Positions 1 to 9,718 of a stretch of DNA of 64,000 bases are shown here, one piece after another. A model generated the notes under the pieces. It was not told the origin of the DNA, ran no database searches, and was given only the letters and a program-made list of their open reading frames with translations. The stretch spans positions 2,272,933-2,336,932 of the forward strand of contig NMRA01000001.1 in assembly GCA_002633005.1 (NCBI GenBank). The letters run 5' to 3'. Numbering within the stretch: the first letter of the stretch is position 1; each line of letters opens with the position of its first letter. The position numbers were made by a program, and so were the translations under genes. The DNA comes from Phoronis australis. Its lineage: Eukaryota > Animalia > Phoronida.

Positions 1-536
1 ACACTTTTTGAGCATATGACTCTGAGTGACACAAAGCTCAACCGGGTCACCTCATTCAGCTCACATTTACAACAGTACGAGATACTCTTTTAAGCAATTC
101 CTAAGGAAAGTACCATCTTGCAATGGTTAGTACAGAGTAATAAATCCATCCCGAATTACACGGCAATAGAATTATTTTTTCTCCCAGAGATAAGAAAGAA
201 AGTGACCTCGTTTTGTAAATGAGACATATTTTTGTGTCTTTCGTTAATGTCAGGAAGGTAAACGGTTTCAGATCACACATCCACGGGTATTTGTCCAGTT
301 TATCAAGCTTTCTCACCTCAGAGTTTCAGCCCACAGCACAGCAGTAATACTTTGTTGGCAATGGAAGGACAATAGAGTAATGCAACCAAGAAAAAACTTG
401 CAAAGAATCATACAACAACAAATAACATGTGATGTCCACCGGCACAAAAAAACAAGGCAGCAAATGTGCCTGACGGATGTTTACGGCATTATGTACAGCG
501 AGATTCGAGTGTCACTGTGTAATCTGAGAAGGCCCT

Positions 537-770
537 ATTCACTTTCCCGTGTAGGAAATTTTCAGAAACAATCACAAAATTCACCATTTTTGAAATACCC
601 ACGATGGAAAAACTCTGTGGTTACCACAGAGTTTCTAATTTCCCACTTATGAGAAATTCCCGCATTCAGTTGCTTGAAGTCGCTTGAGGTCAAAAGTCCA
701 TATCAGGGAAATATGCAATGCCTATGTCTTGCCATACCAAATAAGGAGACATGGTTTGCCTTGTGGGAGA
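537..770. repeat. Interspersed repeat copy 1 (second copy at about 51917-52165)
   Basis: attcactttccc...aaaattcaccatttttgaaatac...ggaaaaactctgtggttaccacagagtttctaat aligns colinearly with 51917-52165 in the same orientation. Ends are approximate. Confidence 0.75.
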
Positions 771-1098
771 AAAATCAAGGAAGTGACGAGCAGTTGACAG
801 GGTTTTATTTTTTGAAATTTGAAACTAATAGAAAATACTTTGATAACAACAAAATTATTTTCGTACAAACCCTATGAAATACCTGGTGAACAGGTTGAAC
901 TCTGTTTCAGTGGCAGTGAACTACTTTCAATGTTGCAATTTAGGCTGTTTATCTGGTTCCAAGCTTCTTTAAGTTTAAGGGGTGAATATGCAGTGTTCAA
1001 ACCTTGTCAACACTCTTAAAAGGGTACTCTAGAATAAATTACGGGCTTTGCATCAATGTTTCCTCAGCGGAAGAAAATGACCAAGCCGTAGGTGAGAG

Positions 1099-1178
1099 CA
1101 CAGGCACCTTTAAGTAGCCCTCTACAATATAATATAATATTATATTATACTGTAGAGGAGTACTTAAAGGTGCCTGTG
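1099..1178. mobile_element. 80-bp palindromic MITE with 7-bp target-site duplication
   Basis: Arms cacaggcacctttaagta...ctctaca and tgtagag...tacttaaaggtgcctgtg surround an AT core. gtgagag flanks both sides (1092-1098, 1179-1185). Confidence 0.75.
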
Positions 1179-1427
1179 GTGAGAGATTCACGAAAGTACC
1201 CTCCTGCGAAATAGCTTAGAAAACTTTAAACATACTTATTTTTTCAAATAATTTTGGATGCGCGAAATGATCGAGTTAGTGTTTTCGAGTGGAGATTTAC
1301 CGTAGAGCTGGCCAACCAGGAATACGGCCGCGGATATTAGTAGGCTAAAAAAATCGGCATAGACATCGAGCCGTAAATGTTATGATTAAATTTTAATTTT
1401 TAAATGACATGGCGGTAACCAACTTAC

Positions 1428-1506
1428 CTCTGAAAAACAGCTGATTAACACACAGGCCGACATCCGCAGTGAGCAAAAACAACATCAAAACAGTCCTCAT
1501 GCTCAT
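1428..1506 (-). CDS. Probable first coding exon (signal peptide) of an unidentified secreted or membrane protein gene continuing leftwards
   Basis: Reads MSMRTVLMLFLLTADVGLCVNQLFFR, then G|GTAAGT (consensus donor, phase 1). Hydrophobic core and CpG-richer surroundings. No downstream exon could be assigned. Confidence 0.45.
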
Positions 1507-3063
1507 CTTAAAATCGCCACCGGGACGAGGAGTCCAACTCGACGGTCAAAAATTCAGCGTTCGGGCACCCTAGGGCCACTACAGAAGGACAAACTAACGA
1601 CGCCAATGGCCAAAGTTCCGATACTACCGCGGCATGAGTGTGTTACCCTCTACGCGCACGTAAGAAGTATTGATAACGACATTAGTCACGGGCAATAAAC
1701 ATGTGAATCTTTCACGAACATGCTGCTTTCCTGTATCATAAATATCACTACAGAATAAACATGGTCTCGAAGAGTCCATTTCCGATTTAGGGAGAGTGAG
1801 TAGTAATAGCCACATGAAAGAACTGCTTGGTCAGTCGCAATTATTTTCCCGGGCTTCGTTTCAACTGCAAACTCATTCTCCGGGTACTCAGTACTTCACA
1901 TTCACGAATCACTTGAGCCTCCACACTGGCACACAGTATTCAGAAGGCCTATGACTTGGGGAACCATGTGTTGGGCGTTTCATTTTCCGTTATAAAAACG
2001 CATCATGTGAAAAAAAAATCAGTGTCACAGAAAAACATCAAACTGACTGCTTCAATACCGTAAATTGAGTCTGCGTGCCTCAAGTCCTAAAGATGAGGAC
2101 CAATTGAACCATTCAGATATAAGTTATATGCGTGGTGTTTTATTTCTGGCCTAAATATAATTACATTATGGTACGTTTTTCTAGTCCATGTTGGCACCTA
2201 TCCCTAGTTTCGAACAACGAACTCGAGTCAGTAAAAATTCGACATTTCTCTTTGGTGCAGCGCCTGTGGACCATATGCGGCGTAGCACTGAAAAAAGTGG
2301 AGAGATATAGTCCCCTAGCCCCCTATGGTGCGCCGCCAATGGTAAAAACTCAAAATTCAGACTCGAATATTTCAGCCTTAATAAACTCGGGCCGAGGGTC
2401 ATTAAAAAGGAGCACGGCAGAATATGATTAGACAGCTACTTATGTAAGCTATTAGGAACTCGAGTATACTATAATAGACACCCATCTTGGTTCGCACNTC
2501 ATTAACCTTCCTCTAAACACTCAATACAAAATTTTCGCGAATTTTTGTGACTGTCAAAACTATAGTTGATTTGTATAATTCGAAAACTAGTTGTTGCCGT
2601 TTCATGAAGTCATGAACACGGGCGTGAAAGTGTCTTTACGCCCGTAATTTACTAGCGTAATTCACAGTAGATCTCAGTTATTTCTCAAATACTCACAAAA
2701 ATGCTTCGGGTGCCGAGAATTCTCAAGCCTAACTGAAAAGTTGTGAACGATGTCATTTTGATTGAACAAACTTTTCTCATTGCACCAAAGCTAAAATTCG
2801 CTCAAGGTTTCGACTTACTCTGATTTTTAACTTCGAATAAGCTACACTTGATTAAAAGCTCTTTATACTATTTGTGCATTGTGGGCGTTACTCTCCATTT
2901 TGACCAACAGGCTATTTTTACGCAGGTCTTGATAGATTCAACTACAGCAAGATTTTATCACAAACTCACCACTGAATAAGTAGCATAATAAATACCAAGT
3001 TCTAGTAAAATCTTCAACATAGTGAAGGCCGTTAATTTGTCTTATGGACTCATAAAGAATTGG

Positions 3064-3109
3064 GTAAGTAAGTAAATAAGTAAGTAAATAAGTAAGTAAG
3101 TAAGTAAGT
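3064..3109. repeat. (TAAG/TAAA)n microsatellite
   Basis: gtaagtaagtaaataagtaagtaaataagtaagtaagtaagtaagt. Confidence 0.9.
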
Positions 3110-4679
3110 ACAAATGAGGTCTGCGCTAAATACCTATGTAGACTTAATAAGAAAGTAAGTTAGTAAGTAATTTAGTGTTCATAAGTGATAGTGAGTAGGC
3201 CTATTATGAATGTGATGGAATTTCTAACGAAGACAGTAGCAGGAGAAGAACCGGACACTTTGTTATGTGCAGTGAGAGGAACCGGCCACTTTGTTATGTG
3301 CAGTCTGGGAGTAATATGTATTGGTCCTAGGTGCAGTATACACTAGGATAAAAACTTCCACGTCACATTTCATTTTGTGGACAAATAAGACAAGCTGAGT
3401 TGAGTTATACAAGGTTCTTGTGCCTATCGATAACGCTTGCTCTTTAGCGAGTTAAACGCTAGCAAAAACGCCAGCGCCAGTTTTAGGGATTTGACCGCAA
3501 GGATCATTTTCGCCACCAGCAGGTAGTTAGTTCATTACCCCACGGATTTATTTCAAGAATATTGTGACAAGTAATCTTTCGGGTATTTTTCAGCTTCAAA
3601 AAAGTCGCAATTAAATATCTGTGATATTTCTCAGAAATGACCTAAATCAAAAGTATTTTTTGACAAAAGGCGTAACGGTATCGACTGCTCATATTTACGG
3701 AAATTACCGAGATATAACGAATGCGCTGAAAGGATATTGCGCAGACAAGTTGCGCACAAGGTCCCGGCAACTGCAGCGTGATCATCGGGAAGGTTAAAGT
3801 AAGAAATCTATTAAGGTAAATTAGATATAATTTAGGTTCCCGATTCTCGTTAGCCTTGATTATGGGTGTTAGGCACGACATTACCACTTGCCAAACTTGG
3901 GCACTGGTCGGATATAGATTCTTGATTACGAGAACCAGGCACTCACTGAACGGGCCGGTCGCCGATTGACATAGTCAGGACAGTAGCAGAGTAGGCAATG
4001 ACTATCGCCTCTGTTGGCCCGACCAGAGGCGATGCAGCTCCTATAGGCGTTCCTTACACCGGAAGCTTTTCGGCGAATTATGTCTCGCACCGACTAAAAC
4101 ATCAAAGTCACGCTGTTGAGTTATAAATACCTTTTGCGCATAGAGCCATAGAGGAACACCTTAGGAGGTTGTCGATGTGTTTAATTCCTTCCAATTTTGG
4201 GAACTGAACGAGTGACTGCTCGAACAAAAAGTTTGATAACGGAAGTATTTGTTCGACATACAGGGCGATGTAATTGCCTACGTCCCTGTATGTGTGCAGC
4301 ATTCAGGGCTATGCAATTGCCTAATAACCATCAAATTCATTGTTGTATTCCTACAATTTCACTAGCTAGTGTAGTGCGAACTTGCATATTTGCAATATCC
4401 ATCAATTTAACATGTACACTAATGATGTACTTGACCCCTATTTAGCTGTCAAGGTTGAATTCTTAAACCAAGTTACTTTGGGATTTAAAAACGTTGCCAG
4501 ACTAATGCAATCTTCAATTATTGCTGAATTAGCTGGCAATTCAAGTCACTGGCAATCGTTTTGGCACTAGTCGGATATAATGGACCCTAACTTATTCCAA
4601 ATAAATCCACTAAATGTAGGTCTAAATGACGTTGACTGATGAAAAAGGAACAGCGCATGTTGTAGCAAATCGCCGATAN

Positions 4680-5471
4680 CTAAACTTTGAAGTGTCTAAA
4701 AAGTAGGTCACACCAGTGCAGTGTGCAGTTTTAAACCATATATAAATATCTCCAGCAAACCCATGATTTTGATTAGAAATGACACAATGTCAACAACTGC
4801 TACTAAATGTTTGCGTCGAGTTTGGAATTTACAATGTGGAGAACACTGGAACTTACTATATCTAGCGCCATCTATCGGCGATTTGCTACAACACGCGCTG
4901 TTCCTTTTTCATCAGTCAACGTCATTGGTCGATTTCGTTTATTATTAACGTCCTCGTTATTAATCATCGTACGTCTGCTCTCGTCATCACCTACGTCGTC
5001 TCTCTCAAGATCGTATCTGTCATCGTCATGTTATCGTCGTCCATGTTGACTGATGAAAAAGGAACAAGGCGTGTTGTAGCAAATCGCCGATTGATGGCGC
5101 TAGGTATAGTATGTTCCCTGAAATGGCTGCCGATTTAACGATGCGCGTGGCTAAAGTGTACCGAGTTCGGAATAGCATAGTTATAGACTAGAGTAATTGA
5201 GGGTCGTGAAAAGGATTTGTATGGATAGCCAGATGTCTGAGGAATGCAACGATACCAAAATCATTCATTTAGACCTATATTTAGTGGATTTATTTGGAAT
5301 AAGTTAGGGTCCATTATATCCGACTAGTGCCCTATTAACGTACATACTTAGTATTTTCTGAATCCTCTGGCCGTGGTGATCATGAGACATGATGATTCCA
5401 AAATTGTATCGCTCGTATTGATTAGGCTCTTCTTATTCCTGTATTGGCTGTTTCTAGGAGGTGTTCTTTTG
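4680..5471. repeat. About 792-bp near-identical direct duplicate of 6637-7428, bounded exactly by N gaps (probable haplotig or assembly duplication)
   Basis: Offset 1957 bp; the ORFs at 4721/6678 and 4807/6764 are identical; only a handful of substitutions; n at 4679 and 5472 bracket the copy. Confidence 0.85.
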
Positions 5472-6804
5472 NCCGATATAGTTTCAAACTTCTGTGGCAC
5501 TTTGCACGACCTCAGATGACTTCTGACGTCTTTAACACACCTAATGAAGGCCACATTTCCTCCGCGATCACACGTATGTAACGAAAATTGACCAAATGTA
5601 CAAGAAGGAAATTCCTCCATATTCTTTGCAGTGACAGGAAGTGCATGTAATCTCGAACCCTAAAGTGCTATTGGTAAAGTTAAACGAAGAATGGAGTGTT
5701 TTAGAAAATTGGGGTCTCAAAAGTGAAATTTAAATTTTTGTGATATTCCATTGTTGATATTAGATCATATATTTTAGGTGATATCTCTAAACTAAAAGAG
5801 TAGCCTCAACTCTCTTGTCAGTCAGAGTAAGGCCACATCACAAAAATGCCCAAATTCGCGAGCCACGTTTAATACTAAATATATAAGAGACAAGTTTTTT
5901 TAAAAGCAATTATCAACGTTCAATCTTAGAAGTGTCTACAAAGAGAATTTCAACTTCAAATATATTCCGATATAGCAGGCAGGTTAAGCAACATCTTGCC
6001 ACTTGTGACTGACCTGAAAAGTGGTCTTGGAGTTTTCTCCCCTGCTGGAAATTTAATTGTACCTACGAGTTGCAAATTTCATTTTCTTACTAACCTTACA
6101 TGAGTCTTTATGACCATCAATGTCAAACTTTGTCACCAGTTTTCCAAGTCTGATTTTTTGCCGTTCAAAAAATGTAGTTTTACTGACATGAAAAAATTCA
6201 AAATATGACTTTATAGCCAAATAGGTCATATCTCGGTAACCAAAGGTCATTGAGTGCAAATATTACAGCAGTGCACTTTGGGCCAGCATCCCAACACATG
6301 CACAAAGTATTAGTTCTGTATGAATTTTTGAGTATATAGTGATTTTTCATTTTCATATGGTTTTTATATGGAATCATTCTTAATTGGCTTAATAAAGACA
6401 ATTTTGATTTTGACTGACATCTAGTGGCAAGTTAGAGCTCTTATGAGCTTATTCAACTTGACAACAGGTGTCACTAAAAACTAGGTCACATCAGAACTCG
6501 TGTTAGTAGTACTTGATATGTCTAATTGATATTAAAATCGGCATTGATATTATTAAAAAGAACTTTTAATCTTTTGTTTGATGCTCTGGGTCTGTCAAAT
6601 GCTTTGGAGGAATTATGAGATATATTGGTAGGAAAGCTAAACTTTGAAGTGTCTAAAAAGTAGGTCACACCAGTGCAGTGTGCAGTTTTAAACCATATAT
6701 AAATATCTCCAGCAAACCCATGATTTTGATTAGAAATGACACAATGTCAACAACTGCTACTAAATGTTTGCGTCGAGTTTGGAATTTACAATGTGGAGAA
6801 CACT

Positions 6805-7074
6805 GGAACTTACTATATCTAGCGCCATCTATCGGCGATTTGCTACAACACGCGCTGTTCCTTTTTCATCAGTCAACGTCATTGGTCGATTTCGTTTATT
6901 ATTAACGTCCTCGTTATTAATCATCGTACGTCTGCTCTCGTCATCACCTACGTCGTCTCTCTCAAGATCGTATCTGTCATCGTCATGTTATCGTCGTCCA
7001 TGTTGACTGATGAAAAAGGAACAACGCGTGCTGTAGCAAATCGCCGATTGATGGCGCTAGGTATAGTATGTTCC
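6805..7074. mobile_element. About 270-bp MITE with about 75-bp inverted arms (duplicate at 4848-5117)
   Basis: ggaacttactatatctagcgccatctatcggcgatttgctacaacacgcgctgttcctttttcatcagtcaac pairs with gttgactgatgaaaaaggaacaacgcgtgctgtagcaaatcgccgattgatggcgctaggtatagtatgttcc. Confidence 0.75.
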
Positions 7075-7288
7075 CTGAAATGGCTGCCGATTTAACGATG
7101 CGCGTGGCTAAAGTGGACCGAGTTCGGAATAGCATAGTTATAGACTAGAGTAATTGAGGGTCGTGAAAAGGATTTGTATGGATAGCCAGATGTCTAAGGA
7201 ATGCAACGATACCAAAATCATTCATTTAGACCTATATTTAGTGGATTTATTTGGAATAAGTTAGGGTCCATTATATCCGACTAGTGCC

Positions 7289-8070
7289 CTATTAACGTAC
7301 ATACTTAGTATTTTCGGAATCCTCTGGCCGTGGTGATCATGAGACATGATGATTCCAAAATTGTATCGCTCGTATTGATTAGGCTCTTCTTATTCCTGTA
7401 TTGGCTGTTTCTAGGAGGTGTTCTTTTGCAGCCCAGCCGATCTCGAGTGACTGTCGTTACCAAATTGCGACACCTTTCAGCAGAAATGACAACTACAATG
7501 ATCACGCGTGTGCTGTCAGAAGACCCCAAAATTGGCTAGTATATTGAAGATACCCTTTGGTACATTGTCATTAGGGAAACTCTGAGTAAAAAAGAACAAT
7601 AGTCATTTACAAAAGATTGCCTCTTCAAACCTTCTTCTTTAGAAAAAACTCAAGAATGCTTGTTCTCGCGTACAAATATTGTCCTCGAAAACACTTGACC
7701 TCTCGGGGACGTGATTTCGGCTCGTGTTACGACGGACATTCATCGTCTCAAGAGACAAAAACTGTTTCAAACAAGTGGAATTGGGTAATAAAATAACTAT
7801 TACTAATATCACTAGTACGCGAACACATAAACACATTCTGCATCGAAACAGCTTCACTCTATGTTAACGTTAGTTATCAATCCTGCCGAAAGGTTGGGTG
7901 TCGCACTATTAAAAGTGACTGCCTCACTATATCCGCGTTGCAAATGAACGCCTCAGAAAAACTAAAAAAATATGAGTAAGAAGCGACCAATCAGTACAAG
8001 TAATACATTTTTGGAATTACCGTGACTAGAGGATTCAGAAAATAGTGGTATCAAGTATGTACGTTAATAG
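7289..8070. mobile_element. About 780-bp non-autonomous TIR element
   Basis: ctattaacgtacatactt...gaatcctctggccgtggtgat at the left end and attaccgtgactagaggattc...aagtatgtacgttaatag at the right end form an imperfect inverted repeat. Confidence 0.6.
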
Positions 8071-9718
8071 AGTCTGATTGTAAACAATAACCGTGTCGGT
8101 TAATAACATTTGACGAGTCATGGGACATTCGCAAATCTTTGAGAAATCAACCAATGAGATTCTTCGTTACTAGTTCAGTTTCAATGCCTATAAATTTTAA
8201 AAATAATTAACATTAACAGTGGTCAAAATCGGGGAAATTCGGTCGCAAGTGGGGAAAGTCGGACAGAGTGTTGATGAAATTCGATCAGGAAATACCGAAT
8301 AGGCAAAACTCAGACAAAATATGTAACAGTACTTTATTATTTCAAAACCAGGAATTTAGGTATTATGCCACAGCTCCAGTGTAATCGGGACGCTCGGGTG
8401 CGTCTCATTATCGAGCCTGGACAGGACTTGTGAACTATTTTAATATTAAAACGAATGAACTCTTAAGTCAAGGGAAACAATCGCCATGTTGTAGTATATA
8501 GTACATGCAGCATTTATTAACTAAACGAAACAGTAAGAGTCACTAGCACGTTTACGCACAGGCAATCTTGAGTTGCGTTGTCGGATATTGTCGGTCTTTG
8601 GTCTGAGATGTAAGTGCGGAGTGTGCGTTTGTGATTGATACGACTTGTTAGACAACTAAGCCCCAGAGTTTTGTGGGGGGAATTACGAGAACGGTCACTT
8701 GCTTTTGGAGTAAGTAGGCGTGAATTTAGACATATAGCCGAAAGTTTAAGGGGATAAACCTTAGTGAGCTTACGCATTCATAACTGCGTGCTCCGCTTAG
8801 GTTGAATTTGGTTGAGCCAAAATGTCGCTTCTGTATGATGCTAGAAAAGTGACCGAACTCCCGAAACCACGAGGTGGCCCACTATAGAGGGTGTCACATG
8901 ACAAACCGGGCCAATGACAAGTCACCAAGTTAAAGTTCTTGGAATTCATGGTCCCTGACCAAATAAGGTATGACCAAATCACATACGAATGCACAGACGA
9001 TGACCAACAGGTGTCATGCTAATACAGAGACAGATGAGATCATTCCTGTTACAATTATTTAGCGGTGTCGTCATAGTAGGAATAATAAAATTTGAGAAGT
9101 CATCATGTCCTGGCCTCATGAACAATGTAAAAGTATGTCTGCCATTACCAATTTGTGTGCAGCCCACGTGGTAAGCAGTGCCATTGTTGTTGACAAGTTA
9201 TGCTGTGAATTGACCTTTTAACACAGAAGGTCATCACTTGAGTACGAAAATCTCTCAAAGAAGCATCAAGAAAAGCATCTAGTAACCTAAAAGCATGGTG
9301 TCTGAATTTCTTCTTGATAGGAGGCACCATAGACTGGAGACCAGTCTACTAGTGCCCACGACTACCTCAAACTTAATGCGAGGCAAATCGCATGTTGTGT
9401 TTCAAAATCAGGAACCGGCGGACCGCTGTATTCGACTAGTACCCTTGAGGTTGTGCTTTGTTGGTTGAGTGCTGAAAATTTGAAGGCTTGTTTGCAGAGT
9501 GATGCTCGGCTGAATTTGCCACCTGTAGTCTGGGGTTGCATTTAGTGATCTCTTCTATTCAGACTTTTTTGAAATAATCTGCGAAAGTTTGGCAATGGTC
9601 CTAGGACTTGCGTTTTAAAGCCATTTGTGTTCATGTATTATCTCTATTTTGCCATAGCAAAGATTGACTTCTACACCGTTCAAATTCCAGGTTGATCTCC
9701 GAAGAGATTAATTATATC

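Larger units (their letters stand above)
4563..7289. mobile_element. Non-autonomous DNA element ends (Harbinger-like, about 65-bp inverted termini); internal structure confused by assembly gaps
   Basis: ggcactagtcggatataatggaccctaacttattccaaataaatccactaaat(g)taggtctaaatga at 4563-4629 is the reverse complement of 5266-5332 and 7223-7289. A related end sits at about 3899. The superfamily is inferred only from the GG(G)C termini. Confidence 0.55.

Noticed and set aside
4721-7006. Identical ORF pairs at 4721/6678 and 4807/6764 as duplicated genes
   Set aside because: They lie in a palindromic MITE inside a gap-bounded duplicate and have no recognisable protein features.
8229-8290. Repeated GGGGAAA(T/G)TCGG as NF-kB sites
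   Set aside because: More simply explained as subterminal repeats of a DNA transposon end; there is no independent support.
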